A stretch of DNA of 64,000 nt from an uncultured Bacteroidales bacterium (GCA_963787195.1 CAWBCI010000073.1:18582-82581), one strand, 5' to 3'; numbered from the stretch's first letter, positions 39,054-48,968 are shown. Translations and numbers: made by a program. The notes: a model not told the origin generated them from the sequence alone.

Positions 39054-40172
39054 CTACAGTACCTTCTCTTTTTCCAGGGTCGCTATCAGTTTATCGAAGG
39101 ATGTAATGAATTTTTCGACGCCTTCATTTTCCAAATCTTCCGTAACTTTTTTAATATCTATACCTACTTCCGACAATTCTGAAAAGACCCAGGAGGCCTG
39201 ATCTATATCGTCTTCCAGTCGGGAAGCCGGCGTACCATGGTCACGATATGCTTCAAGGGTTTCCATGGGAATTGTGTTGATCGTTTCGGGTCCTATCAGT
39301 GCCTCTATATACTTGATATCGCTGTAATCAGGGTTTTTAGTGCTGGTACTGGCCCAAAGTAGTCTCTGGGGACTGGCGCCTTTTTCAGCCAGCTTGAGAA
39401 AGCGTTCACTTTCAAAGATTTCTTTATAGATCTGGTAGGCAAGTTTTGCGCTGGAAATGGCGACCTGTCCGCGTATCTTCGTTGCAAAATGTGCCTGTTC
39501 CCCGCCTAAAGCTGCAAATTCATCTTCTTTCGGATCAATCACGACATCTATGCGGCTTAAAAAGAAGCTGGCCACGGAGGCTATATTTTTCAAAGCTTTC
39601 CCTTGCTCTGCACGCGCTTCAAGTCCCGCAAGGTAGGCTTCTGCAACTTCCCTGTAGCGGGGCAGTCCGAAGAGTAATGTTACATTTACGTTGATTCCTT
39701 CGCTTATAAGTTGCTGTATAGCGGGCAAACCTTCTTTTGTTGCCGGGACTTTAATAAGAATATTAGGCCTTTTCAAAGTGGCCCACAATCGACGGGCTTC
39801 CTCAATAGTATCCTGGGTATTATGTGCCAGGTGTGGGTTAACCTCAATGCTGACATATCCGTCCCTACCGTCCGACTTATCATATTCTGCCCTGAATTCG
39901 TCAGCCGCCAATCCCACATCTCTCTGGCTTAAGGTTTCATAGATTGCTTCAACGTCTTTTTTCTGCCGGGATAATTCCTGGATTTCCGGGCCGTATAGCT
40001 GGCTTTCAGCTATGGCTTTTTCGAAAATAGATGGGTTGGATGTAATTCCTTTCAATCCGTCTTCTTCAATTAAAATACGAAGTTCACCGCTTGTAATCAG
40101 GTCACGCCTGATATAATCCAGCCAGATTGCCTGACCGAAAGTTCCCAATTTTTTCAATGGATTGTCATTCAT
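39054..40172 (-). CDS. tal: Transaldolase
   Basis: GQAIWLDYIRR, TSNPSIFEKAI and NILIKVPAT (catalytic Lys region) support the call. The length is 372 aa. Confidence 0.85.
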   Translation of the reverse strand: MNDNPLKKLGTFGQAIWLDYIRRDLITSGELRILIEEDGLKGITSNPSIFEKAIAESQLYGPEIQELSRQKKDVEAIYETLSQRDVGLAADEFRAEYDKSDGRDGYVSIEVNPHLAHNTQDTIEEARRLWATLKRPNILIKVPATKEGLPAIQQLISEGINVNVTLLFGLPRYREVAEAYLAGLEARAEQGKALKNIASVASFFLSRIDVVIDPKEDEFAALGGEQAHFATKIRGQVAISSAKLAYQIYKEIFESERFLKLAEKGASPQRLLWASTSTKNPDYSDIKYIEALIGPETINTIPMETLEAYRDHGTPASRLEDDIDQASWVFSELSEVGIDIKKVTEDLENEGVEKFITSFDKLIATLEKEKVL

Positions 40173-40412
40173 GATTTTTCTCCTTTTATATTGTTGCCAT
40201 CAAAGATTTATTTTTTTATATACAAACTGTATATCTAAATCTTCATACAAATGGAACGATTTAAGCGTTAGCAATGTTCATAGACAGTCATAGATATTTA
40301 CCTCGCGTAAATACCGCTTATGACATGAAGTATTGCTGTTTTTTGAATTTAGTATTGGGACCCTTGATTTCGGACCAAATGGAAAGAAAATGCTGAAATA
40401 ATTAACAGTTTA

Positions 40413-40703
40413 TCACCATTGATAATCACATTCCTGCCAAAGTTTTCTTTCTTCTTCCTCTGTAATTTTTGTAGCTTCTTCAGGAGTATATTTTTCTGAG
40501 GTTTTTTTTAACATGCAATCGCAGAAATCATTAGCATCACTTGTTTTCAAGCCCCTGCTGCTTAATAATTTCTGACATTCCGTTTTCCATTTGGTTTTCT
40601 GTGCGTCACTCCAGGTGTTTTCTTTGTTCGTGTGCTGACAAGATTCTATCCCTCCGAAAAGAAATATAAATAAAAGGATAGTTAATGATTTTTTTATTTT
40701 CAT
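40413..40703 (-). CDS. Small lipoprotein, hypothetical
   Basis: It has the signal peptide plus GIESC. It is 96 aa and Cys/Lys/Glu rich. Confidence 0.5.
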   Translation of the reverse strand: MKIKKSLTILLFIFLFGGIESCQHTNKENTWSDAQKTKWKTECQKLLSSRGLKTSDANDFCDCMLKKTSEKYTPEEATKITEEEERKLWQECDYQW

Positions 40704-40754
40704 AGGACGAATTTATAGAATTTATACCGAATGATCATTCATAAATTTGAACCT

Positions 40755-40824
40755 TAAAAATAAATACGATGCTGATTATTTGCATTACATATTTCTGTAA
40801 ATAAGTTACATGATTCTCACATTT
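40755..40824 (-). promoter_or_regulatory. 70-bp tripartite promoter module U7 (most diverged)
   Basis: taaaaata is at 40755-40762, TTACATATTT at 40785-40794 and TTACATGATTCTCACATTT at 40806-40824. Confidence 0.5.
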
Positions 40825-40929
40825 TGAGAGATTAATCAGCATGGGGAGGGCAAAAACCGGCGACCATCGGCAACTCGCGGACTATGATTGCTTTTAATTT
40901 TTTTTTGAAGATTCTTTAGTTATGATTTT

Positions 40930-41190
40930 CTATGGTCTCATGCTGTTTTCCTGAGGCTGGTTCATTTGTTTGCGGGGCGCCAATGCAAAGTCAGCACTCA
41001 TAACATAATACATGATGGCTGCTATCATCAATATCAAGAATACCCAAAAACCCCAGGTATGATGTATTCGCTTCCAATGAGGCCAATACACATGATATTT
41101 CTTGTGGTGTGCCTGCCCGTCATGCCAGGGGTGGTTTTGATCATGTTCATTTTTATCCATTTGTTTAGTTCTTTCTATTATAATTTTCAA
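40930..41190 (-). CDS. His-rich single-TM membrane protein, hypothetical
   Basis: The ORF is 86 aa. HDQNHPWHDGQAHHKKYHVYWPHWKRIHH is followed by a TM helix. The real start may be the internal Met (MDKNEH). Confidence 0.4.
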   Translation of the reverse strand: MKIIIERTKQMDKNEHDQNHPWHDGQAHHKKYHVYWPHWKRIHHTWGFWVFLILMIAAIMYYVMSADFALAPRKQMNQPQENSMRP

Positions 41191-41209
41191 AAATCCCTGC
41201 GAGCTGGCC

Positions 41210-41671
41210 TCATGCCTTTTTATTTTCCTTTTCTATGGCCGCCACTTTAGCAAGACGACGGCTGAAGCGTTCATTGCTCTTGAATTGGGCATTCAGGAAT
41301 AGCTGTATTAAATCCCAGGCCAGGGCATACCCTGTGATCCGTCCACCCAGGCACATAACATTCATATCGTCATCCTCCACTCCCTGGTGAGCCGAAAAAG
41401 AGTCTGTTATCAGGGCGGCACGTACGTCTGCCACTTTATTGGCCGCAACACAGGCCCCCACACCACTCCCGCATATGGCTAGTCCACGCGAGACTTCCTT
41501 TTTAGCTACAGCCCTTGCAAGGGGGATTATAAAATCAGGGTAGTCATCTCCGGGATCCAGCTCATAAGCGCCAAAATCCACCAGCTCATAACCGGCAGTC
41601 CTGAGTAATTCACTCATATGTTCCTTCAATTCAAATCCGCCATGGTCTGCGGCTATTCCAATGCGCGTCAT
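41210..41671 (-). CDS. rpiB: Ribose-5-phosphate isomerase B, second divergent paralogue
   Basis: IGIAADHGGFELK, LAICGSGVGACVAANK and GVEDDDMNVMCLGGRI support the call. Confidence 0.8.
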   Translation of the reverse strand: MTRIGIAADHGGFELKEHMSELLRTAGYELVDFGAYELDPGDDYPDFIIPLARAVAKKEVSRGLAICGSGVGACVAANKVADVRAALITDSFSAHQGVEDDDMNVMCLGGRITGYALAWDLIQLFLNAQFKSNERFSRRLAKVAAIEKENKKA

Positions 41672-41730
41672 TTTTCTTCCTTTTTATTAATTAATTTATG
41701 CTGAAATCAGGCTTTTAACTTAAGTATAGA

Positions 41731-44367
41731 TTAATGCTGCCAGAGGATCAGCCTGCTTTCAAGTGGAACTGAAGCCCCTGGGAATCCAGGGATTAGCCGG
41801 GGAGTATAATCCAAAGCAGGACGAGATGAAGGGACAGATGCGAAATAAATGTAACCGTTTTTCTGGCCCTTTATGTTTTCCCCACGGGTCATCTTCTGAA
41901 TGTATGGAGCTTCTCCATTTAATCCATCTGCAAATAATTGAACTTCTATATTATCTGGGTCCAGCTCGCTGAAAAAAACCTCAACTTCAATTTTATGCTG
42001 ATTTTCAATATTTTCGATTTTTAATTCACCGAAATGTATAGAATTCCAGTTTTTCTCAAGATTTTGCAGCCAGGCGGCTATCTTCCTGCCCTTTTCAGCT
42101 TTATTGGCGGAGCGTTCAAGATATGCTGCTGCAGCTGGCAAATAATGTTCTTCGGTATATTCCCGCACGGTCCGGTCGGCCGAGAAACATGGTGTTAATT
42201 GGGCCATGCTCTCCCTCATCCGGGCTATCCAGGCAGTTGGGATCCCTCTTTCGTTACGCTGGTAAAATTCAGGCACCACCTCCTCTTCGAGTAAATTATA
42301 AAGTTGCTCTGCTTCGTAGGCATCCCAGGATGGATCATCCCCATGTTCTTTCCCGTCTCCTATGGCCCAGCCCACCTGGGGATTATAAGCTTCAGCCCAC
42401 CAGCCATCCAGTTCGGAAAGGTTAATACCGCCATTTACAAGTACTTTCATGCCACTGGTACCGCTGGCCTCCCATGGCCGGCGAGGGGTATTGATCCAGA
42501 CATCAACGCCCTGGACAAGATTTTCGGATATATTCATATCGTAATCACTCAGGAATACTACCGGGGGGTGGACAGCATTTTGACGGATAAATTGCATCCA
42601 TTGCTGAATCAAATCCTGGCCGTGTTGGTCGGCAGGATGGGCCTTGCCTGAAATCACAAGTTGCACCGGAAATTTTGGATTAGTCAACAAGCGGAGCAAG
42701 CGCTGAGGATCGTGGAGTAATAAATTAGGCCGTTTGTAAGTTGCAAATCGCCTTGCAAAGCCCAGTGTTAAAACGTCGGGATCAAATTGATTTTTTACCC
42801 TTGCGCTCAAATCAGATGAATTACCTAAACCGGGCAATTGCTTCGATAATTGTTCCCCGGCAAATCTGATGAGGGCCTTATTGGCATTGGTGCGCATCTT
42901 CCAAAGTCTTTCATCTGAAACTTTCCGGATATCTTTTGCCAGTGTTTTGTTCATCCCAAGCCAGCGGTTTTTGCCACAAGCTACTGTCCAGATCTCATCT
43001 GCTTCTTTTGAATCCCATGTTGGCATATGAACGCCATTAGTAATATGGCCCACGGGCACTTCTTCCGCCGGCCACTTTGGAAATATCGGTTCAAAGATAT
43101 GACGGCTGACTTCTCCATGGAGACGGCTCACCCCGTTTACTGCACCGCTTCCACTGATTGCCAGGTAAGCCATGTTAAACTTCTCCGAATCATCTTCAGC
43201 ATCCTTACGCCCCAGGGCTAATAATTGCTTGCGTGTAATACCAAGTTTCTGCTCGGCATAATTACCAAGGTATTGCTCAATGAGATCCGGTGGGAATAAA
43301 TCGAATCCGGCCGCAACGGCCGTATGAGTTGTAAAGAGATTGCCAGCCCTTGTAACAGCCAGGGCAATATCAAAATCCACACCTGTATCTTGCATATAGT
43401 TATAGGCGCGTTCCAGTATTGCAAAAGCCGCATGGCCCTCATTCAGATGGCATACCTGAGGCTGAAGGCCCAAAATATTGAGCAAGCGCCAGCCACCAAG
43501 GCCGAGCACCAGTTCCTGTTTGAGTCTTAGCTCTGGCCCACCACCATATAATTCGCCGGTTATTCCCCGGTGAGCAGGAAAGTTAGCTGCATCATTACTG
43601 TCTAATAAATAAAGTTTTATCCTGCCAACCTGGACTTGCCAGGCCCGCAGCCAGACTGAGCTACCAGGCAGGGCAATTTCCAGGCGTAACCATTCTCCGT
43701 TAGCCTCGCGCAAGGGTGTAATAGGTAATTGCCTGGGGTCGTTAAACGGAAAAAGCGCCTGCTGCCTTCCATTTATATCAATTTCCTGGCGAAAGTAGCC
43801 TTGCTGGTATAGCAGGCCGATGCCGACAACTGGAACTCCCAAATCACTGGCTGTTTTAAGTTGATCACCGGCTACGTTTCCCAGTCCGCCCGAATATATC
43901 GGGAGCGCCTCACTCAACATAAATTCCATGCTGAAATAGGCAACACAGGTCAGCGGAGAATCCGGATGTTTTTTTTGGAACCAGGCAGGAGCCGAGTTTG
44001 CATCCTTCATCGATTTCAAAAGAAAATTAATCTTTTTCCGGTATTCCGGGTCATTCATGACAGACTGGAACTGATCGCGGGAAACCGTTTGCAGGATTAC
44101 CCAGGGATTATGTGTGGCATTCCATAGTTCAGGATCAATTTTCCGCCATACTTCATCGGCTGAATGGTCCCAGGACCATCGTATATCCAATGCAAGTTCA
44201 GCAAGGTCATCGAATCCTTCCAAGTCTGTTGGCAGGTAACTAAAAGCAGGTTTTTTAACGATCGCTTTTTCTTTCATGATAATGTGTTCAGATTTCTTAT
44301 GGGTCAATTCTGGTTTCAAACCCTGATCTGAACTATATAACACCACAGGATTTGAATTGTTTGCCAT
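41731..44367 (-). CDS. glgP: Alpha-glucan (glycogen) phosphorylase, GT35 family with DUF3417-type N-terminus
   Basis: AYFSMEFML..IYSGGLGNVAGD is present, together with the PLP region SGKAHPAD and EASGTSGMK. Confidence 0.85.
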   Translation of the reverse strand: MANNSNPVVLYSSDQGLKPELTHKKSEHIIMKEKAIVKKPAFSYLPTDLEGFDDLAELALDIRWSWDHSADEVWRKIDPELWNATHNPWVILQTVSRDQFQSVMNDPEYRKKINFLLKSMKDANSAPAWFQKKHPDSPLTCVAYFSMEFMLSEALPIYSGGLGNVAGDQLKTASDLGVPVVGIGLLYQQGYFRQEIDINGRQQALFPFNDPRQLPITPLREANGEWLRLEIALPGSSVWLRAWQVQVGRIKLYLLDSNDAANFPAHRGITGELYGGGPELRLKQELVLGLGGWRLLNILGLQPQVCHLNEGHAAFAILERAYNYMQDTGVDFDIALAVTRAGNLFTTHTAVAAGFDLFPPDLIEQYLGNYAEQKLGITRKQLLALGRKDAEDDSEKFNMAYLAISGSGAVNGVSRLHGEVSRHIFEPIFPKWPAEEVPVGHITNGVHMPTWDSKEADEIWTVACGKNRWLGMNKTLAKDIRKVSDERLWKMRTNANKALIRFAGEQLSKQLPGLGNSSDLSARVKNQFDPDVLTLGFARRFATYKRPNLLLHDPQRLLRLLTNPKFPVQLVISGKAHPADQHGQDLIQQWMQFIRQNAVHPPVVFLSDYDMNISENLVQGVDVWINTPRRPWEASGTSGMKVLVNGGINLSELDGWWAEAYNPQVGWAIGDGKEHGDDPSWDAYEAEQLYNLLEEEVVPEFYQRNERGIPTAWIARMRESMAQLTPCFSADRTVREYTEEHYLPAAAAYLERSANKAEKGRKIAAWLQNLEKNWNSIHFGELKIENIENQHKIEVEVFFSELDPDNIEVQLFADGLNGEAPYIQKMTRGENIKGQKNGYIYFASVPSSRPALDYTPRLIPGFPGASVPLESRLILWQH

Positions 44368-44400
44368 TCAATTGCCTGCGGTGGAACCGAGATCCTTATC

Positions 44401-45627
44401 CTATTTCTTTTTGCGCTTTCCGGACCTGTCTTGTTTAGGTTGATTTTTTCTCTCTTTGTTTGGAGATTTAATCATGCTGGGTTGTTTTTCACGGCCTCGT
44501 TTAGTTTCTGTCGGACTTACTTTCTTTTGCTGTGAGGGCCGGGAGGATCTTTCTTTGATATTGTCGCGCTGATTCACCTTAGGCTGCTGTGCAGGCTGCG
44601 CCTTTTCTTTAATGTTGTTATGCTGTTTCACTGAAGTTGGCGGCTTCTCCCTGCTCTTGTTGGTTTCGCCCGGATTCACCTTACGTTGTTGTGCAGGCTG
44701 GGGGGCTCTTTCTTTATAATCCTTGCGCTGTTTAACGGAATTCGGCTGCCCTTCCCTTTGCCTTGTGTTTTCAGCTGGATTCACCTTCCGCTGTTGTTGG
44801 TTTCCTGCATTTCTTTCCGCGGGTGGCTTCAGCTCCTTCACGTTCATGACCTTCGGGGGGGCGGCTCTGTGTTCACTATTACCCTCTTTTTCCACTCGCG
44901 GTCTGTATATCCTTAACTGGTCATTATTCAGTTCCTGTCCCGGTTTATTATATTCCTTAACTGAAATAGTCCTGACGCCCCGGCCGGTATTTCTTTGTAC
45001 ATCATCCCTGGAAGGCCCTGAAATATAGGTACTATGCCGGCTATTATCAATATAAGTATTATTTATTACAGTTGAATTTCTGATGATCCGGTCGCGATCG
45101 TGCCGGTCAACGCAATAACGGTGTATATCATCCCTTTCAAAATCCCTGTCTCTCACAAAAAACCAATGATCATGCGGATTATCGTATCCACGGTCAAAGC
45201 TGATCCTGATACTAACACCAGGAGCCAGAGGCGCCCAGCCATAGTAGCCATTGGCCTGTCTCCAGTTAACCCATGCGGGACCCCATTCATTTCCGGGGAT
45301 CCAAAACCAGCCATAGTAATCATCATATGCCCAGCGACCGTAATGAAAGGGTGCCCATCCCCACCTATAATCCGAAATCCAGGTCCAGCCATATTCAGTG
45401 AATATCCAGCGACCGCCCGTTGAATATGGAGCAAAATCGGGCCCGGCATCAGGGAACCATACATAGCCATATTGGGGGTTGCTCACCCATTGGCCATAAG
45501 GGCTCAGATCATTATAAAAAACCTGGAAACTGACGTATCCTGCCTGCGATGTAGCTTGTTTTGGCATTATAAAGAAAGATGCCAACGCTACCAGGAATAT
45601 TACGAATACTTTATGTATTGTTTTCAT
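44401..45627 (-). CDS. Secreted Trp/Tyr-rich (YXWGXW-type) repeat protein with Lys/Gln/Arg-rich tandem-repeat tail
   Basis: It has a signal peptide. YRWGWAPFHYGRW and YYGWFWIPG repeats are present. The C-terminal half carries about three repeats of QQRKVNP..T..RE..P.SVKQ....KE. Confidence 0.55.
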   Translation of the reverse strand: MKTIHKVFVIFLVALASFFIMPKQATSQAGYVSFQVFYNDLSPYGQWVSNPQYGYVWFPDAGPDFAPYSTGGRWIFTEYGWTWISDYRWGWAPFHYGRWAYDDYYGWFWIPGNEWGPAWVNWRQANGYYGWAPLAPGVSIRISFDRGYDNPHDHWFFVRDRDFERDDIHRYCVDRHDRDRIIRNSTVINNTYIDNSRHSTYISGPSRDDVQRNTGRGVRTISVKEYNKPGQELNNDQLRIYRPRVEKEGNSEHRAAPPKVMNVKELKPPAERNAGNQQQRKVNPAENTRQREGQPNSVKQRKDYKERAPQPAQQRKVNPGETNKSREKPPTSVKQHNNIKEKAQPAQQPKVNQRDNIKERSSRPSQQKKVSPTETKRGREKQPSMIKSPNKERKNQPKQDRSGKRKKK

Positions 45628-45753
45628 GTTGATTAGATTTAATGAATCAGAAATAAGTAAATTGATATTCTTTTAAAATTCCCGGGTTTTTACGAAATCA
45701 ATTTTCTAAGTATAAGCAAAAAGGGTACCAAAAGATATTAAGCATCTATAATC

Positions 45754-46479
45754 TCACAATTTAGGATTTTTCTTTTTGAGCAGAGGCTTGATTTTCAGCA
45801 AGGAGGGCATTGAGTCGCCTAATAGAAATCCCCAGGGTTTTAAGCTTTCTATATGATCGCAAATTAGTTTCACAATGACCGTTTTGGTCTGAGTTATTAT
45901 TTCACTCACCTGGCTTTGGTCGCTTTTACTAAAAATTCTGCGAATGAATTCAATCAGAATGGGATGGTAAAATAATATAAGGAAGATGTAAACAGGGATC
46001 AGGAACAAGATCACCAGTCCGTTCCCGATATTATAAAGCGTATGACCGAGTGCAGCTTTACCGGCATTGAAAATTTCTATCTTGGTTTTTGCTATCCAGT
46101 CTTCGATTATATGGTGATTCACATCGAAATAGCTTGATGCCCAGCTGACACCATCTTTGAAAAAGGTGCTGAACTTTTCAACGAGTATGGGCCAGGAATC
46201 GGCAAAACGGCTCGCCTGTGAAAATAAGAGCAGCCCGAAGGCGGCAAAAACCAGAATAGTGAGGATTAAAGTAATTATAATTGCAAGCAGCCTGTTTATC
46301 TTTTTATCTACAAAAAAATTTACAACGGGATGAAGTAAGATGGCAACGATTATGGCAAATATGAGGGGAACAATTATGGCCTGGGCAATATAAAGCGCTG
46401 CTATCAGGGCAACGATGCCTAAAAAAATAAGAGGCGCTTTTATATAGGCCGGTAATTTTAATTCTTTATCTGTACTCAC
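45754..46479 (-). pseudogene. AI-2E (PerM/UPF0118) family transporter, apparently truncated
   Basis: The first ~200 aa look like AI-2E N-terminal TM helices. The ORF ends at 241 aa with an atypical tail, and only ~125 bp remain before the next gene. Confidence 0.4.
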
Positions 46480-46566
46480 AAATTCTCTTATTTGAAAGAA
46501 GAGGGATGATTATACTTAGATGGTTGATTCAGCAAGTTCCTAATAGAATAAAAGGCACAGCCGGGA

Positions 46567-46776
46567 TTATTTATGATGCTTTTTTTTGGAATGCCCATGT
46601 TTAGAGCTGTTATATTGATGTGGTTTCTTCGAATGTTTGAACCAGCCTTTGTGTTTACCATTGTCATGGCTTCGGGGATGTCCATGGCCATGACCCGGAA
46701 CAACAATGCAGGATGTTGGGCCTAACAATAAGCTGGTGCAAAACACCAGGATTGCAAGTTTTTTTAATATTCTCAT
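46567..46776 (-). CDS. Small secreted His/Lys-rich protein
   Basis: A signal peptide is followed by GHGHGHPRSHDNGKHKGWFKHSKKPHQYNSSKHGHSKKKHHK. Confidence 0.5.
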   Translation of the reverse strand: MRILKKLAILVFCTSLLLGPTSCIVVPGHGHGHPRSHDNGKHKGWFKHSKKPHQYNSSKHGHSKKKHHK

Positions 46777-46807
46777 TTTTTATACTATAATAATTATGTG
46801 GGGAGAT

Positions 46808-47221
46808 TTAGTTTTCAGCTTGTTCCGGCTTACTATTCAATATTGTCAATAGGATCACGGTATCCATTTTGCTGGTTAGACTGTATTTTGTATTTTCATA
46901 GAGTGTCAGCGCCTGGCCCTCGGAAAGTATTTCCGTTTTTCTCCGGGTTTTGAATTTCAATTTCCCTTCAATGATCTCGATGGAAATCGAATCGCTTGAC
47001 TGATATGATTTAATTTCTGTTTCCTCGTGTATGGCAGTCAGTACAATTTGTTTTTCAGGCATCTTCAAAAGGACCATTGTCCTGAGATCACCATGTGCCC
47101 AGTTCTGGCTCTTTTTCATATCTTCAATTAAACCCGCCAAATCATAGGGGAAACTTGAATCATTCGCTAAGCTGTCCTCCTCATTTGGGTGATCTCCGCT
47201 ATCGAATGCTGCTTTTTTCAT
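46808..47221 (-). CDS. Hypothetical protein, possibly cupin-like
   Basis: The ORF is 137 aa. A beta-rich C-terminal part (IEIIEGKLKFKT...GQALTLYENTKYSL) is suggestive only. Confidence 0.4.
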   Translation of the reverse strand: MKKAAFDSGDHPNEEDSLANDSSFPYDLAGLIEDMKKSQNWAHGDLRTMVLLKMPEKQIVLTAIHEETEIKSYQSSDSISIEIIEGKLKFKTRRKTEILSEGQALTLYENTKYSLTSKMDTVILLTILNSKPEQAEN

Positions 47222-47270
47222 AGGATTTATTTTATCCCATTTCCAATCCGGTATTGTGGTGAAAACGAGA

Positions 47271-47549
47271 TTAGACAGGGATGGTTTTCACCGCTTTTTT
47301 AGCTTTTTTCGGAACGGGCTTTTTCTTAAGCTGTAAATCAGGAATATCTTCTTTGAATTTTTCTAATTTCTTCGAAAGACGAAGAAGGAATTCATCAAAT
47401 TTTTCTTCCATGACTTCGATATATTCCTCACTCTTTTTTGATATTTTATTCCTGGTTTCCGTACCATTTTTAGGGGCATATAAAAGTCCTAAAATTGCAC
47501 CGGCAGCAAGACCTGCTACCATGCCTGTGAACACTTTTCCAGCACTCAT
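47271..47549 (-). CDS. YtxH domain protein (general-stress-type)
   Basis: The N-terminal GMVAGLAAGAILGLLYAPKNGTETR is followed by a charged helix. Confidence 0.75.
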   Translation of the reverse strand: MSAGKVFTGMVAGLAAGAILGLLYAPKNGTETRNKISKKSEEYIEVMEEKFDEFLLRLSKKLEKFKEDIPDLQLKKKPVPKKAKKAVKTIPV

Positions 47550-47584
47550 CTTATTGTAATTGAGGATTGATTATCTGTAGAAAC

Positions 47585-47740
47585 TTATAAAACCCTTCTC
47601 CCCTGTATAACTCTTAATATTATTGCAATAAGAGCAATGACGAGAAGAATGTGGATGATACCCCCGGTATGGAAGGCGAAAAACCCTACCAACCAACCGA
47701 TAATGAGGATCACGGCTACTATATAAAGCAAATTTCCCAT
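47585..47740 (-). CDS. lmo0937-family small membrane protein (51 aa, below ORF-track cutoff)
   Basis: My own translation is MGNLLYIVAVILIIGWLVGFFAFHTGGIIHILLVIALIAIILRVIQGRRVL. The ATG lies 41 nt downstream of the -7 box of module U8. Confidence 0.65.
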   Translation of the reverse strand: MGNLLYIVAVILIIGWLVGFFAFHTGGIIHILLVIALIAIILRVIQGRRVL

Positions 47741-47780
47741 GGCCTGATATTTTTAATTTTTAAGAATAATTTAGAATTTA

Positions 47781-47850
47781 CAAAGGTATTTCTCTCTGAT
47801 CCGGCAAGTATTACACAATTATCCGAATAAGTTACATCATTCACACATTT
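47781..47850 (-). promoter_or_regulatory. 70-bp tripartite promoter module U8
   Basis: caaaggta is at 47781-47788 (reverse complement TACCTTTG, a perfect TAnnTTTG). TTACACAATT is at 47811-47820 and TTACATCATTCACACATTT at 47832-47850. Confidence 0.7.
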
Positions 47851-47869
47851 CATTACCCGTAAGAACACC

Positions 47870-48400
47870 TTATTTCCTCTTTCCCTTGCTCCCGCCATGG
47901 CCCTTCTTTCCTTTCCGGTCATTATGATTGTTACGGGAATTCCTGTTATGGCCCTGATCATTATCTCTCCTGTGACGGTCATTGGAACGCATTTTTTGAC
48001 CATGGTGACCTCTCATAGGCCTTTCCCCGATGCTGTGCTGCACTGGTCCACGATAACCTCTGGAATACCGTGATTTATGATCCCTGAAATGTTGGTAAGG
48101 CTCGTTACCGCGATAATCCGTAATCACTACCTTATATCCGTCGTACAGATCATAATTCCTGTAACGGGATGGAAGATGAGAACGGTGTACCCAGTTTCCC
48201 CTGACATAATAAATGAACATGCTGGAATGGACATCATAATAAGCTTCAACATCGGGCAGGTAATAGAACCTGACATCGGAATAGCCTACAGGGCCCCAGA
48301 GTGGCGGCGAGCCTATGTTTACGCTTACTGAAACCTGCGCATGCATGGCACCTGCGAGAAAAAGCACAACTCCAACAAGAATTAATTTTAAACTTTTCAT
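47870..48400 (-). CDS. Secreted protein with basic His/Arg/Asn-rich tail, hypothetical
   Basis: It has a signal peptide and a Tyr-rich core. The tail is RGHHGQKMRSNDRHRRDNDQGHNRNSRNNHNDRKGKKGHGGSKGKRK. Confidence 0.55.
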   Translation of the reverse strand: MKSLKLILVGVVLFLAGAMHAQVSVSVNIGSPPLWGPVGYSDVRFYYLPDVEAYYDVHSSMFIYYVRGNWVHRSHLPSRYRNYDLYDGYKVVITDYRGNEPYQHFRDHKSRYSRGYRGPVQHSIGERPMRGHHGQKMRSNDRHRRDNDQGHNRNSRNNHNDRKGKKGHGGSKGKRK

Positions 48401-48425
48401 CTTTAATTATTTAATTTTTAGGGAG

Positions 48426-48495
48426 TAAAGGTGAGAAGTTTATGAGGGGAAAGTATTACACAATTAAATTAAAGACTTACATCATTCCCACATTT
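48426..48495 (-). promoter_or_regulatory. 70-bp tripartite promoter module U9
   Basis: taaaggtg is at 48426-48433, TTACACAATT at 48456-48465 and TTACATCATTCCCACATTT at 48477-48495. The downstream ATG is at 48400. Confidence 0.65.
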
Positions 48496-48534
48496 TTGTG
48501 GGATGAAACAAGCATAAGATGATGTGATTCCGGT

Positions 48535-48892
48535 AAAAAAAAGATGCCGGCACTAACTCAGTGCCGGCATCAGCCAGTCAAATGCTACGAAAAGGGACAT
48601 TGAACCCTTAATGATACCTGAATCAGGATGATGCAGGCAGTGGAGGGGGGTATTAAAATGTAAGGAACATTGGAACTTACCGGCATGGTATTACGGATGG
48701 GGGGAATTATGCCGGTAAGGATGTCAGCAATTTAATTCTGCTGATACCTGCCCCTGTATAATGGATATTAGGCATTAAATTTGAAGTTAATAAAATGTCT
48801 GCCATTTTAGTTTCAAAGAACTCATCAGCCTCCTAAATTTGCCTGTCAGCGGACATCCCGGATAAAAGACAATAGGAGATTCTCATAAATTA
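48535..48892 (-). ncRNA. Candidate structured ncRNA or micropeptide locus, unit A (about 360 nt)
   Basis: It runs from module U10 to the terminator GATGCCGGCAC-loop-GTGCCGGCATC plus U8 (48535-48571). No ORF exceeds 35 codons. The internal 11-bp hairpin at 48676-48719 has the loop core CCAUCCGUAAUA. Confidence 0.4.
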
Positions 48893-48898
48893 TTATGA

Positions 48899-48968
48899 CG
48901 AAGATCGTGACCTTTAGTAGAAAATGCATTATATAATTCTTGAAAAAGTTTACATAATTCACACATTA
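48899..48968 (-). promoter_or_regulatory. 70-bp tripartite promoter module U10
   Basis: cgaagatc is at 48899-48906 (a weak -7-like box). TTATATAATT is at 48929-48938 and TTACATAATTCACACATTA at 48950-48968. Confidence 0.55.

Noticed and set aside
40173-40412. A possible module upstream of tal (CAAAGATT at 40201).
   Set aside because: The -7-like box is present, but no TTACAYAATT repeats lie at the expected offsets, so this is probably an ordinary promoter.
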